From Abditibacterium sp. (lineage in GTDB: Bacteria; Armatimonadota; Abditibacteriia; Abditibacteriales; Abditibacteriaceae), in contig CBDASK010000003.1 of the NCBI GenBank assembly GCA_965199495.1, positions 3,936,001-4,000,000 on the forward strand: 64,000 nt of DNA, read 5' to 3'. Of this stretch, positions 46,310 to 56,966 are shown one piece after another. The position numbers and the translations under genes were made by a program. The number at the start of each line of letters is the position of its first letter. The first letter of the stretch is position 1. Under the pieces are notes generated by a model that saw only the letters and a program-made list of their open reading frames with translations, was not told the DNA's origin and searched no databases.

Positions 46310-46984
46310 CTATTTTGCGATGCGTTCTTCGATAAAGCGGTGATTATCCAATTCGCGCACGATGACGCGGGCGGCGAGTTGGTAGCCGTAGCGCGACGGA
46401 TAAAGGTTGCCGTTTTGATCGTAAAATCGGCGCGCGTTTTCGCCTTCTTTGGCGCGCTTTTGCACTTCGGCGTCAATATCAGCCACGGGCCAGCCCTCGT
46501 CTTCGGCGATGGCGCGCGCTTCGTCAATGAACATCTTCACGCCATCGGCGAAGCGGCCCCGCGTGGCTTTGCTGGTGTTGTGAAACGCGTCCAGACCGTC
46601 CAAAAATTCGCCGCGCGGCGGCGCGGCAGCCAGACAAAATAGGCGTTTGGAAGTCGTCGTGCGCTCGATTTCGTCCCAAATGCGCCGCAAAATATCGCGA
46701 TATTCGCTCAAACCTTCCGGCCCGTCCCAAAATTGAGTGTAGGCGCAACTTTCGATAATCGTGACGTCGGGATTGGTATAAGCCAAGTTTTTGGCGTCTC
46801 CGCTATCGTTGGCGACGCGCCATAACGCGTTGCCAATGCGCGAATCGTCGCGCCCATAGTTGGAAATATGGAAGCTCGAATGCGTATAAAGTCGGGTCAA
46901 CTCGCCGTTAAATTCGGCGCAATCGGCGCCCCAGCGCCCGAAAATGCCATCGCCCAAAAGCGCGATTGAAGAAGAGTTCGTCAT
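46310..46984 (-). CDS. SGNH/GDSL-hydrolase-fold protein, catalytic residues apparently lost
   Basis: IALLGDGI (block I, S->G), NYG, PDVTIIE, C-terminal NLYPSRYGY (HP->YP). Confidence 0.65.
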   Translation of the reverse strand: MTNSSSIALLGDGIFGRWGADCAEFNGELTRLYTHSSFHISNYGRDDSRIGNALWRVANDSGDAKNLAYTNPDVTIIESCAYTQFWDGPEGLSEYRDILRRIWDEIERTTTSKRLFCLAAAPPRGEFLDGLDAFHNTSKATRGRFADGVKMFIDEARAIAEDEGWPVADIDAEVQKRAKEGENARRFYDQNGNLYPSRYGYQLAARVIVRELDNHRFIEERIAK

Positions 46985-47016
46985 GTATATGAAGATTGCT
47001 TCGCGCGGTTTTGGCC

Positions 47017-47162
47017 TTTAGCCACAGAGTTCACGGAGAACGCACAGAGGGGCACAGAAAAAACAAGAGAACTCTGAAAATTATGTTGGCTGTTCCAACT
47101 TTTTGAATTTCTTTGTTTTCCCTGTGCCCCTCTGTGCGTTCTCCGTGAACTCTGTGGCTAAA
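47017..47162. repeat. Inverted-repeat element (TAGCCACA.AG type, copy 2) containing the rng stop
   Basis: tttagccacagagttcacggagaacgcacagaggggcacag ... ctgtgcccctctgtgcgttctccgtgaactctgtggctaaa. Confidence 0.93.
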
Positions 47163-48810
47163 TCGTCAATTTGCCGCTGGCGAAATGTCGTCCGCTTGCG
47201 GTGATTTCGATTAAACTCGATTGATAAACGCCCTCGATTTTTTCGGGCAGTGTATCGAGCGCTACCAAGGTTTGATTCAGCACGGCGAATTGCGGGCCTT
47301 CATCGGGATAGAAGCGCGTGCCGGTGGCTATTGGCACGAGGGCGCCATTCTCTAACGCGCGCTCGCGCGTCGCACCGAACGGAATGCGTTCGATGTGCGC
47401 GTGATCGGTTGGCATATCTTCGTCGGCGCGCACCCAAATTTTGGCGTCGGTTTCGAGTTCGAGCGCGCGCGTCCATTCGCCGTCATCGCCGATGAAATCG
47501 CACGCGGTCGAAGGATGCATCTGGACGCGAAACTGCGCGCCGCTTTGGCCCATCGCGAGGGCGCGCAGTTGGCGGCGCGCGTCAATGGCGACCGATTCGC
47601 CGCGCGCCACGAAACCGGCGCCGCCGCAACGCGGGCACGGCTCGCCCAGCGCGGTGCGTAGCGATTGACTTTCGCGGCGCCGCGTCATTTCGACCAAACC
47701 CGACGGCGAAACCTGCACGATGCGCGTGCGATTGCGGTCGTCTTTGAGCGCGGTTTCGAGCGCGTTCAAAACTTTCACGCGGTCGCGCGTTTTGTCCATA
47801 TCAATGAAATCCACCACGATAATGCCGCCCAAATCGCGCGCGCGCAGTTGCCGCGCGATCTCTTCGACCGCTTCCAAATTGGTCGCCACAACGGTTTCGG
47901 CCAAGCCTTTTTTGCCGGTGAAAGAACCAGTATTAACATCAATGGCGACTAAGGCTTCGGCTTCGTCAATGGCGATGGAGCCACCGCGCGGCAGTGGCAC
48001 GCTGCGTTGCGCCGCCAACTCGACATCGCGCGCGATGCCAAAGCGTTCAAAAAGCGGCGTCGGCTCATCGTAAAATTGAATTAAACGCGCCAACTGCGGC
48101 GCCAACTCGCGAATCTGCGCCGCAAACGTTTCGACGACCGAACGCGAATCAATGTAAATCGCGCTTACGTCATCGCTCAAGCGGTCGCGCGCGATGCGGC
48201 CTAAAAGTCCCAAATCTTCGTGAATCAAACCGGGCGCATTGATGTTTTTGGCCGCAGCCGTAACCGTCGCTAACTGGCGCAAAAGCGACGAAATATCGGC
48301 GCCGATTTGCGCTTCGCTCATGCCGTCGGCTTCGGTGCGGATAATCACGCCGTGATCGAGCGGGCGCAAACGGTCGGCGATGCGGCGCAAACGAACGCGC
48401 TCTTCTTCGCTCGAAATGCGCTTGGAAACGCCCGTTCCGTCGCCGCCCGCGACCAAAATCGCGGCACGTCCCGGCAGCGAAAGCCGCGAGGTCACGCGCG
48501 CGCCTTTGGTGCCGACGGGCGGGCGCGCGACCTGAACCAAAATCTCCTGGCGCGGCTGAATCAGTTGGTTAATCGGCCCGATTTTCTCGCTGACGATGTC
48601 GCCGACGTAAAGTAGCGCGTTGCGTTTGTGGCCGATGTCCACGAACGCCGCGTCCATGCCGGGCACGATATTCTCGACTCGGCCCTTGTAAATATTGCCC
48701 AACAATCGTTGCCCGCGCTCGATGTCGAGGTCGAACAGACGCCCATCGCGCACTTCGGCGACGCGAATTTCGGGCGGCTCAACGTTGACTAAAAAGATGC
48801 GCGAACTCAT
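47158..48810 (-). CDS. rng: Ribonuclease G (Rne/Rng family)
   Basis: GNIYKGRV, AAFVDIG, IDVNTG, LGGIIVVDFIDM, GLVEMTR, CPRCGG Zn link. Confidence 0.93.
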   Translation of the reverse strand: MSSRIFLVNVEPPEIRVAEVRDGRLFDLDIERGQRLLGNIYKGRVENIVPGMDAAFVDIGHKRNALLYVGDIVSEKIGPINQLIQPRQEILVQVARPPVGTKGARVTSRLSLPGRAAILVAGGDGTGVSKRISSEEERVRLRRIADRLRPLDHGVIIRTEADGMSEAQIGADISSLLRQLATVTAAAKNINAPGLIHEDLGLLGRIARDRLSDDVSAIYIDSRSVVETFAAQIRELAPQLARLIQFYDEPTPLFERFGIARDVELAAQRSVPLPRGGSIAIDEAEALVAIDVNTGSFTGKKGLAETVVATNLEAVEEIARQLRARDLGGIIVVDFIDMDKTRDRVKVLNALETALKDDRNRTRIVQVSPSGLVEMTRRRESQSLRTALGEPCPRCGGAGFVARGESVAIDARRQLRALAMGQSGAQFRVQMHPSTACDFIGDDGEWTRALELETDAKIWVRADEDMPTDHAHIERIPFGATRERALENGALVPIATGTRFYPDEGPQFAVLNQTLVALDTLPEKIEGVYQSSLIEITASGRHFASGKLTI

Positions 48811-48812
48811 AA

Positions 48813-49024
48813 TGTCGGATTTCGGAGAGCAGATGTCGGATAATGGCGCGATGTGTCATTTCGAGTGAGGCACAAACCGAGAATAGGTCGCCCACGCGGC
48901 AACGCAGATTACAGCGACTTTTACTTTCTGGCTTGCCCATCCGTTCCGCTGACGCGGTGTCGTAAGATTTCTCGGTTCGTGCCTCACTCGAAATGACAAT
49001 CGCGCCATTATCCGACATCCGTAA
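48813..49024. repeat. GTCATT-type inverted-repeat element (48832-49019) nested in inverted heptamer units
   Basis: gatgtcggataatggcgcgat.tgtcatttcgagtgaggcac.aaccgagaa mirrored; flanked by tgtcgga/tttcgga/gagcaga/tgtcgga and tccgaca/tccgtaa. Confidence 0.88.
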
Positions 49025-49080
49025 TTCCCGGCGCCTTAGTTTAGCGCGGGGTAAAATATAAGCGGCACGTCGCCAAAATC

Positions 49081-50067
49081 ATGTCAACTCAAATCATTCG
49101 CCGCGCCGCCGTGGCTGCTCCGGTTCAACCCAACTCGGCGCCGCGCCATCTCGATGCGATGGACGCGTTCGAGTGGTTTTTGCGCATTGATGTCGCCAAC
49201 GGCGACGCCACGCCCGACACGGTCGAGGCTTACCGGCGCGAAGTCGGCGCGTGGGTCAATTGGTGCGAAAGCCAAGGTTACGATCCGGCGAACATTTCGC
49301 GCCACGAAATCGAGATGTATCGCGAGAGTATGAAAGAGCGCGGGTTCGCGGTTTCAACGCGCGCCTTCAAACTTTCGATTGTGCGGCGCTTTTACGATTC
49401 GGCGGTGCGCCACGGTTTCGCCCAGACCAATCCCGCCGATGGCGTGCGCCCCGGCAAAGATTTGACAGCGCCCGAAGACAAAATGAAAGTCCTCGACCGC
49501 GAATCGCTGACCAAACTCATCGCCGCGATTCCCGGCGACACGCTCGCCGGAACGCGCGACCGCGCCATCATCGGATTGATGGCGCTGCACGGTTTGCGGC
49601 GCATCGAAGTTCACCGATTGGATCATGCGTCGTTGCGCGGCGGCGACAGCGGCAATCCGCATTTGGAAGTGCAGGGCAAAGGCTCCAAGCGCCGTCTGGT
49701 GTATTTGCGGCAAGACACCTTCGAGGCGCTGGAAATTTATCGCCACGCCAAGTTTGAAGCAAATTTGAAAGACGACGGCGCGATTTTCGTTGGCCACGGC
49801 AACAACGGGCGCGGCCAACGTTTGTCGCGTCAGGCGCTCAACGAAATCGTCGCCAAACATTTGAACGCGGCTCATCTAAAAAAATTGGGCGTCAACTGCC
49901 ACGCGCTGCGCCATACTTTTGGCACTTTGTCAGTTGCGGGCGGCGCCAAAATCGAACATCTGCGCGACGCGATGGGCCACGCGCACATTGACACGACCTC
50001 GATTTACGTCAAAGCCGTCGAAAAGCAAAAGCATAATCCGGCCAACTTTATTGATGTCGAATTGTAA
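49081..50067 (+). CDS. Tyrosine recombinase (XerC/XerD-like)
   Basis: TVEAY SAM domain, GLRRIEV (R), GKGSK (K), HALRH, MGHA and TTSIY (Y). Confidence 0.92.
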   Translation: MSTQIIRRAAVAAPVQPNSAPRHLDAMDAFEWFLRIDVANGDATPDTVEAYRREVGAWVNWCESQGYDPANISRHEIEMYRESMKERGFAVSTRAFKLSIVRRFYDSAVRHGFAQTNPADGVRPGKDLTAPEDKMKVLDRESLTKLIAAIPGDTLAGTRDRAIIGLMALHGLRRIEVHRLDHASLRGGDSGNPHLEVQGKGSKRRLVYLRQDTFEALEIYRHAKFEANLKDDGAIFVGHGNNGRGQRLSRQALNEIVAKHLNAAHLKKLGVNCHALRHTFGTLSVAGGAKIEHLRDAMGHAHIDTTSIYVKAVEKQKHNPANFIDVEL

Positions 50068-50153
50068 GAAAGTTATTTTCTCCAATTGGATTTCCTGCTC
50101 TCTTTGTGTCCCTTCGTGTTTAATTTATTTGTATCCTGAATTGAGTCTTGCCA

Positions 50154-51065
50154 ATGCCCGAACCCCTCCTTTCCGTTTCCCATCTCGAAACCCAATTTTT
50201 CACCGATGATGGCGTTGTCAAAGCCGTTGACGACGTGTCGTTCGATATCGCGCCGCGCGAGATTTTGGGCGTCGTCGGCGAATCTGGTTCGGGCAAATCG
50301 GTCACGAGTCTGTCGGTTTTGCGCTTGGTTTCGGCGCCCGGAAAAATTACCGGCGGCCAAATTCGTTGGAAGGGCAAGGATTTGTTGAAGGATTCCGACC
50401 GCGAGATGCGCAAAGTTCGCGGCAACGAAATCGCGATGATTTTTCAGGAGCCGATGACTTCGCTCGATCCGCTTTACACGGTTGGAAATCACATCGAAGA
50501 AGCCTTGTATTTGCATCAAGGCTTGAAAGGCCATAAGGCGCGCGAGCGGGCGATTGCGGCTTTGGAAGAAGTCGGCATCCGCGAGGCTGCCGCGCGCGTT
50601 GATGCGTATCCACACCAACTTTCGGGCGGTATGCGCCAGCGCGTGATGATCGCCGTGGCTCTGAGTTGCAATCCCGATTTACTCATCGCCGACGAGCCAA
50701 CGACGGCGCTGGATGTAACCGTGCAAGCCAAAATCTTGGATTTGATGCGCGGACTTCGCGACGAAAAACAGATGGCGATATTATTAATCACGCACAATAT
50801 GGGTATCGTCGCCGAGATGTGCGACCGCGTGGCTGTGATGCACGGCGGCAAAATCGTCGAAATGGCCTCGTTAAATGATATTTTTGCCAACCCGCGCCAT
50901 CCGTATACGCAGCAACTTTTGCGCTCGATTCCCACTCTCGATAGCCCGCCCAAAACTCCGCTCGCGACGGTGAGTTGGCACCCGACGCCCCAGCAAGCCA
51001 GCCAAGCTAATTTAATCGAAATCGCGCCGGGCCATAGCGTGAGCGCGTGGGCAGCGGGATTGTAA
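50154..51065 (+). CDS. Peptide ABC transporter ATP-binding protein (OppD/DppD-like)
   Basis: [30 protein letters not shown]. Confidence 0.93.
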   Translation: MPEPLLSVSHLETQFFTDDGVVKAVDDVSFDIAPREILGVVGESGSGKSVTSLSVLRLVSAPGKITGGQIRWKGKDLLKDSDREMRKVRGNEIAMIFQEPMTSLDPLYTVGNHIEEALYLHQGLKGHKARERAIAALEEVGIREAAARVDAYPHQLSGGMRQRVMIAVALSCNPDLLIADEPTTALDVTVQAKILDLMRGLRDEKQMAILLITHNMGIVAEMCDRVAVMHGGKIVEMASLNDIFANPRHPYTQQLLRSIPTLDSPPKTPLATVSWHPTPQQASQANLIEIAPGHSVSAWAAGL

Positions 51066-51116
51066 CCGTAAATTTACATTTTGCACCCAAGCGTTAGCAA
51101 ATATCACTGTCAAATC

Positions 51117-51201
51117 TACATCCCGCACCCCCTCTGTCCTTCGGACATCTCCCCCTCCGAAAGGGGGAGATGTCCGAAGGACAGAGGGGATGCGGGATGT
51201 A
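51117..51201. repeat. Collapsed spacer-less copy of the CCCCCTCTGTCC family element
   Basis: tacatcccgcaccccctctgtccttcggacatctccccctccgaaagggggagatgtccgaaggacagaggggatgcgggatgta. Confidence 0.93.
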
Positions 51202-51229
51202 ATGCTCTTTCTTTTTCACGAAATTTCTC

Positions 51230-52042
51230 ATGTCTCCTCTTCTTCAAGTCACTAATTTAGTCAAACATTTTCCGCTCAAAGGCGACGTTTCGGGCGGCGG
51301 AAGCGGCGTCGTCAAAGCGGTTGATGACGTTTCGTTTTCCATTCATCAAGGCGAAGTTTTCGGCTTGGTCGGCGAATCGGGAAGCGGCAAATCTACGACG
51401 GGCCGTCTGGTTTTGAAACTGATTGAGGCGACTTCGGGCCGCGTGCAGTTCGATGGCAAAGACGTTTATGGCATCGGCAAAACCGAACTGCGCAACCTGC
51501 GCCGCGAAATGCAGATCGTGTTTCAAGACCCGTATGGCGCCTTCAATCCGCGCATGACCGTCGGCAATATCATCGGCGAAGCGCTCGATTTGAAAGAGAT
51601 TTCGCGTTCGCAGCGCAACGCGGCCATCGGTAAATATCTGGAAATGGTGCAGATGCCGCCTGCGATTGCCGGGCGCTATCCGCACGAATTTTCCGGCGGA
51701 CAACGCCAACGCATCGGCATCGCGCGCGCCCTGGCCGTCGAGCCAAAGTTCATCGTCGCCGACGAACCGGTTTCGGCGCTCGACGTTTCGACGCAAGCCG
51801 AAATCGTCAATTTATTATTGGATTTGCAAAAGCGCCTGAACCTGACGATGCTATTTATCTCGCACGATTTGAGCGTGGTGCGCGTCTTATGCGACCGCGT
51901 GGCTGTGATGCAAAACGGCAAGCTCGTCGAGGTAGCCACGGCGGCGCAGTTGTTCGCCGAACCGCAACAAGAATACACGCGCGAACTGTTGGCGGCGGTG
52001 CCAATTCCCGACCCAGCCCGCGCGCGGCGGCGCGCGGCTTAA
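51230..52042 (+). CDS. Peptide ABC transporter ATP-binding protein (OppF/DppF-like)
   Basis: [34 protein letters not shown]. Confidence 0.93.
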   Translation: MSPLLQVTNLVKHFPLKGDVSGGGSGVVKAVDDVSFSIHQGEVFGLVGESGSGKSTTGRLVLKLIEATSGRVQFDGKDVYGIGKTELRNLRREMQIVFQDPYGAFNPRMTVGNIIGEALDLKEISRSQRNAAIGKYLEMVQMPPAIAGRYPHEFSGGQRQRIGIARALAVEPKFIVADEPVSALDVSTQAEIVNLLLDLQKRLNLTMLFISHDLSVVRVLCDRVAVMQNGKLVEVATAAQLFAEPQQEYTRELLAAVPIPDPARARRRAA

Positions 52043-52051
52043 TTCATTGTC

Positions 52052-52102
52052 AATTGTGCACTTTTAGGACGAAAGTAGATTCCGGTCTAAAAGTGCACAA
52101 TT
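52052..52102. repeat. 16-bp-arm hairpin abutting the attC site
   Basis: aattgtgcacttttag ... ctaaaagtgcacaatt. Confidence 0.75.
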
Positions 52103-52184
52103 AACGACAAGCTCACCTATCGCTGGAAGAGGAGCAAGGAACGAGTGGGGCTGTATGTAGTCGGATGCAGTGGTTTGTTCTGCC
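52099..52184 (-). other. attC recombination site
   Basis: Minus strand reads GGCAGAAC-aaacc-ACTGCATC-cgac...GGTGAGC-ttgtc-GTTAATT (R'' L'' ... L' R'). Confidence 0.75.
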
Positions 52185-52686
52185 GGTGTTGGAACGCTTT
52201 ACGACGTGTTGACCCTTTTATACACGAAAATACCGTGATGTTGGCCATCGGCAATTTCAAGGGTATCGCCATCAATGGTAACCATCTCAACAGCAATCAT
52301 CGATTTATGCGTTACGGCAGGAGAAGTTCCTTCGACGAAACTTCCCTCTGGAACAGTCCTTTCCAGAGTGGTTCCATCGAGTTTCCAAGCACCTCGTAAC
52401 CGGGTAATGCGTTCAGGCACTAAACCTGGAACAGGACTTAGCGACTCGATCACATCAATGAAGGTGCCATCAGCTTTGAACTTGATTACTCCCGTCTTCA
52501 CACCAAAATCGGCAGGTTGTTTTCCTGCATTGGATTCCAGTTTCCAGATGCCAATTAATTTGTTCGTCTGCATAGCTTGACTTTGACCTCCTGCTGTATG
52601 AACAGTTTCTATTTTTTATCGATCAGCAAACCCTTGCAAGTGTCTAAACGACGCTGCACTTTCCTTCAAGCCGCGCACTGGCAGAA
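52105..52686 (-). mobile_element. Solo integron gene cassette (582 bp)
   Basis: Cassette opens with G|TTCTGCC (52687-52680), exactly complementary to R'' GGCAGAAC (52184-52177); lower GC; one ORF. Confidence 0.75.
52199..52573 (-). CDS. Cassette-encoded lipocalin-like beta-barrel protein
   Basis: LIGIWKLES, FKADGTF, GAWKLDG, terminal VYKR; AGGAGG upstream. Confidence 0.7.
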   Translation of the reverse strand: MQTNKLIGIWKLESNAGKQPADFGVKTGVIKFKADGTFIDVIESLSPVPGLVPERITRLRGAWKLDGTTLERTVPEGSFVEGTSPAVTHKSMIAVEMVTIDGDTLEIADGQHHGIFVYKRVNTS

Positions 52687-52881
52687 CAATGTTACTCAAC
52701 CGCAAATTTGCGGTTTAAGCACTTAACTTCTCACTTATGTTGTGCAGAAAACTGCTACTGCTAACGGAAATTTTCGAGCGGCACAACGCGCGAAAATTGA
52801 GTCAAATACCGCTTTAGACAATCCAATCTTTTGTCCCTCGTTGCCCCGCTGAGTATCACAATTGAGAGAAGCGGCAATTTA

Positions 52882-53652
52882 TCATAACAATTCCGAAATC
52901 GCGTCCGCCGCGTCGCCGCTGCGCATCAAACTTTCGCCCACTAACAACGCGTCGGCGCCCGCGTCGCGCAAACGTTGCGCGTCGGCGCGCGTGAAAACGC
53001 CGCTTTCACCGACAACAGTCGCATCGTCGGGCAACAGTTTGCGGATACGTTCTGTCGTGCCCAAATCCACGTTGAAGGTTTTTAAATCACGGTTATTGAT
53101 GCCGATGAAATCGCAGCCGTTGAAGACGGCGCGGCGCGCTTCTTCTTCGTCGTGGACTTCGACCAGAGCGTCCATGCCGTAGCGGTGCGCGGCGGTTTTG
53201 AGTTGGCGAATTTCCCAATCTTTGAGAATCGAGACGATGAGCAAAATGCAATCGGCGCCCGCCAGACGCGCTTCGGCGATTTGAATGTGATCGAGAATGA
53301 ATTCTTTGCGAATAATTGGCTTCACCGTGGCTGTGCGCGCCTTCATCAAATCATCGAGCGAACCTTGGAAAAAATTGGGTTCGGTCAAAACCGAGAGACA
53401 ATCGGCGCCCGAATTTTGATAAATCGTCGCTTGTGCGGCGGCGTCGAAATCGGGCGCGATTAAGCCTTTGGATGGCGAGGCTTTTTTGACTTCGGCGATT
53501 AATCCCAAACGATTCGGATGTTTGAGCGCCGCTTTAAACGGGCGCGCGGGCAGGGCTTCGATGAGCCGTTTTTCCAAAGTCTGCACATCGGTTTGTGCTT
53601 TCAATGCGTCAAGTCGCACGCGCGTGGCGGCGACAATTTGGTCTAAAATCAT
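52882..53652 (-). CDS. trpC: Indole-3-glycerol phosphate synthase
   Basis: MILDQIV start; IAEVKKASPSKG, SVLTE, LVEVH, GINNRDL, ESGV, LVGESLM. Confidence 0.97.
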   Translation of the reverse strand: MILDQIVAATRVRLDALKAQTDVQTLEKRLIEALPARPFKAALKHPNRLGLIAEVKKASPSKGLIAPDFDAAAQATIYQNSGADCLSVLTEPNFFQGSLDDLMKARTATVKPIIRKEFILDHIQIAEARLAGADCILLIVSILKDWEIRQLKTAAHRYGMDALVEVHDEEEARRAVFNGCDFIGINNRDLKTFNVDLGTTERIRKLLPDDATVVGESGVFTRADAQRLRDAGADALLVGESLMRSGDAADAISELL

Positions 53653-53657
53653 AATAT

Positions 53658-53766
<109 letters not shown>

Positions 53767-54798
53767 CCCATATTTCGGTGAACTCGCGCAATCGCTGGAG
53801 TTTCTCGCGTGCGGCTCCGGCGCGAATCGTGGCGCGCGCCAGTTTGATGCCCTCGTCGAAATCGGGCACGATGTCGGCGACGACTAAAATCGCGGCGGCA
53901 TTGAGACAGGTAATATCGGCGCTCGGCCCTTCGCCGTCGTGCAAAACTTGCTGGATAATCACGGCGTTTTCGGATGCGTCGCCGCCCTGCAACATTTGGG
54001 CGTTGATACAAGCCACGCCGCCCGCGTGCGGGTCAAAAACGCCTTCGCGGAGCGTGCCGTCGCGGACTTCGATATAATGCGTGGGCGCGCAGGTCGAGAA
54101 TTCGTCCAAACCGTCTTCCGAATGCGCGACGAACGCGCGTTGACAACCCAATTCCAATAACGTTTGCGCGACGGGTCGCAACCATTTGGCGGCGGGCACG
54201 CCCATGACTTGCCGTTTTGTGGACGCCGGATTGGCGAGCGGCGCCGCCAAATTGAAAATTGTGCGAATGCCCAGTTCGCGGCGCAATGGCGCCACGTTTT
54301 TCAGCGCCGGATGGTGATTGGGCGCGAACATAAAACCGATGCCGACTTCATCAATGCAGCGGCCAATCGCTTCGGGCGTGAGATTGAGATGCACGCCCAA
54401 GGCTTCCAAAACATCCGCCGAGCCGCACTTGGACGAGACCGCGCGATTGCCGTGTTTGGCGATGCGCGCGCCCGCCGCCGCCGCGACCAGCGACGCCGCC
54501 GTCGAAATGTTGAACGTGCCGAGCAATTGTTTGGGCGAATCGCCGCCGGTTCCGCAGGTATCAATTAAATCGCTCGATTGCGCCACGACCGGAATCACGC
54601 GCGCGTGCAGCGCGCGCACCCAACCGGTGATTTCGTCGGCGCTTTCGCCGCGCGCACGCAACGCGCCGAGTAACGCTGCGACTTGCAACGACGACGGCGT
54701 GCCATCCACGATGTCGGACAGCGTCGCTTCGGCATCAGCTTGCGATAAAAATTCGCCATGCGAAACGGCTTTCAATGCTTGAGATACGTTCATAAAAA

Positions 54799-54918
54799 TG
54801 TAGAGACACCGACCGGGTGCCCCTTGGGCGGATGTCTAAATATGCAATGTGCGTCAGGCTGAAGCAAGTTCAACCTTTTAGACATCCGCCCAAGGGGCAC
54901 CCGGTCGGTGTCTCTACA
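54799..54918. repeat. REPIN-like element (GTAGAGACA family, copy 2)
   Basis: tgtagagacaccgaccgggtgccccttgggcggatgtctaaa ... tttagacatccgcccaaggggcacccggtcggtgtctctaca. Confidence 0.95.
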
Positions 54919-54925
54919 AGCCATT

Positions 54926-55495
54926 CTAAAATTTTTCGACAAAATTACGCAACAGTTCGCGTCCGTTTTCGCCGGTTAAAATGCTTTCGGGATGGAACTG
55001 GACGCCTTCCAATTTCCAGGTTTTATGGCGCACACCCATGATTTCGCCGTCGGCGGTTTGCGCGGTAATTTCGAGTTCGGGCGGCAAAGTTTCGCGTTCG
55101 ATAACGAGGGAATGATAGCGCGTGCCGTCGAACGGCGATGGCAAATCCTCGAAGACGCCTTTACCGTCGTGCGTGACGGGCGAAGTTTTGCCGTGCATCA
55201 GAGTTTTGGCGCGGATGATGTTGCCGCCCAGCGCCGCGCCAATCGCCTGATGGCCCAAACAGACGCCCAAAATTGGGATTTTCCCGCCGAATTCTCGAAT
55301 GGTTTCGACCGAAACTCCGGCCTCGGCGGGCGAACAGGGGCCGGGCGAGATGATTATCTTTTCGGGGTTTAACTCGCGGATTTGCTCGATGGAGATTTCG
55401 TCGTTGCGGCGCACCTCAAGATCGCAACCCATTTCGCCCAGATATTGCACCAGATTGTAGGTGAACGAATCGAAATTGTCGATCATCAAAATCAT
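54926..55495 (-). CDS. trpG: Anthranilate synthase component II / PabA-type glutamine amidotransferase
   Basis: [42 protein letters not shown] overlap with the upstream gene. Confidence 0.93.
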   Translation of the reverse strand: MILMIDNFDSFTYNLVQYLGEMGCDLEVRRNDEISIEQIRELNPEKIIISPGPCSPAEAGVSVETIREFGGKIPILGVCLGHQAIGAALGGNIIRAKTLMHGKTSPVTHDGKGVFEDLPSPFDGTRYHSLVIERETLPPELEITAQTADGEIMGVRHKTWKLEGVQFHPESILTGENGRELLRNFVEKF

Positions 55496-56820
55496 AACTT
55501 CCAAAGTGTAGCGATTAAAGCCGCCAACCCGCATGCGAGCGGAAACCAATCGCCCCATTTCGCGTAAATCGTCGGTCGCCCATTGCCAACAGCCACGTCG
55601 TCAATCAAGGTTTGAAAACCGTCCTCGAAATGCGCCGCACGCTGTGTAATTTCGCCGCGCGCCGAGACAATAACGCTGATGCCATCGCTCGTCGCGCGCG
55701 CGATTCCATAGCGCATTTCGAGCGCGCGCCACAAAGTGCTGGTCAAATGAAAATGTTGCACGCCGCTCCAATCGTTGGTCGGAATTGTCATGAGTTGCAC
55801 GCCGTCGCGCCCATAGCCGCGCGCGATGTCGGAGAAATTATCGTCCTGACAAATCACGCCGCCGACTTTGACGCCCTCGATTTCGAGTTCGGCGCGTTGC
55901 CCGGCGCCGCGCGTGTAGGTTTCGTAAACCGGTACCAAATGCGTTTTTAGGTAACGCGCGCGCACTTCGCCACCGGGCGCGACCCAATCAATGCAGTTGA
56001 TATTACGTTCGTTATCGAAGTAACCCAACGCCAGCCAGACGTTATAACGCTGGGCTAATTCGCCGATTTGCGCGCGCCAAAGTTGTCGGTCGGCGACGCG
56101 AAACGCCGCTTCGGGCGCCACGATAATGCGCGCTCCGTTCGCCGTGGCTGCTTGCAAGTGCGGCGCGATTTTCTCCAACGAAATATCGTTGAACTGCGCT
56201 CCTGCCCAACCGATTGTCGCGACGCGCATCGTTTGCGAGAGTAGGCGTCGCCACAGCCATTCGCTAATCGCGCACAATCCGAGAAGGAAGACGATGAAAG
56301 TTGTGAGCGCCGCCGTTGACCCGGATGCAGCCACGGCGAGAGCTTGCAAGCTCACCAAAACGAAAACGACGCCGATGGCGCCCGTAAAGCAAACCCATTG
56401 AACCAATCGCGGCGCGTGGCTCCAGCCGCGCGCGAAACTCTGCGCGCTACTCCAGAACGGAACGATTTGCGTTTCGAGCCACACCAAAAACGTCGCGCCC
56501 GCACCGGTTGACAGCGCGTTCCAAACCGGCGGCAATTGTTGGATGCGAAAGCAAAACGCGCTGAAAAGTAGCCACGTCAATGTTTGCGATACAACCAAGG
56601 CGCTCGAAACCAACGTCGGCAGTTTGAGCATCCATAAAGTAATCGCCGCGTAACTGGCGCCGAAAATCGCGCCCAAAGCGATATTGGTAAAGAGCGATTG
56701 GCTTTGATTAAGCGCCCACAACATCGGCATAAACGCGACGAGTTGCAGCCAATGCCGTCGCGATGGCGGCTGCGAAAACGCGAGCGTAACGCCGGAGATG
56801 AGGGCGAGGAAAAAAGACAT
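55492..56820 (-). CDS. Apolipoprotein N-acyltransferase-like membrane nitrilase
   Basis: Multiple N-terminal TMs; E-K-C triad APEAA / YLKTHLVP / VICQD. Confidence 0.75.
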   Translation of the reverse strand: MSFFLALISGVTLAFSQPPSRRHWLQLVAFMPMLWALNQSQSLFTNIALGAIFGASYAAITLWMLKLPTLVSSALVVSQTLTWLLFSAFCFRIQQLPPVWNALSTGAGATFLVWLETQIVPFWSSAQSFARGWSHAPRLVQWVCFTGAIGVVFVLVSLQALAVAASGSTAALTTFIVFLLGLCAISEWLWRRLLSQTMRVATIGWAGAQFNDISLEKIAPHLQAATANGARIIVAPEAAFRVADRQLWRAQIGELAQRYNVWLALGYFDNERNINCIDWVAPGGEVRARYLKTHLVPVYETYTRGAGQRAELEIEGVKVGGVICQDDNFSDIARGYGRDGVQLMTIPTNDWSGVQHFHLTSTLWRALEMRYGIARATSDGISVIVSARGEITQRAAHFEDGFQTLIDDVAVGNGRPTIYAKWGDWFPLACGLAALIATLWKL

Positions 56821-56837
56821 TCAACGTTTTGGGTTCA

Positions 56838-56966
56838 AATTTCGTGGTGCCCGTAGGGTCAAAACATGTTTTGACCGCGTCACAAATGTTTGCTCTCCAT
56901 AAATTCACATTGCGAACGCGTTGCGCGGTCAAAACATGTTTTGACCCTACGGGCACCACGGAAATT
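56838..56966. repeat. Classic REPIN: two inverted GTAG-REPs with perfect 20-bp palindrome
   Basis: cgtggtgcccGTAGggtcaaaacatgttttgaccgcg ... cgcggtcaaaacatgttttgaccCTACgggcaccacg. Confidence 0.95.

Noticed and set aside
49081..50067. Recombinase as the integron integrase for the 52-kb cassette
   Set aside because: It lacks the IntI-specific insertion between patch II and box II and is separated from the cassette by two ABC genes
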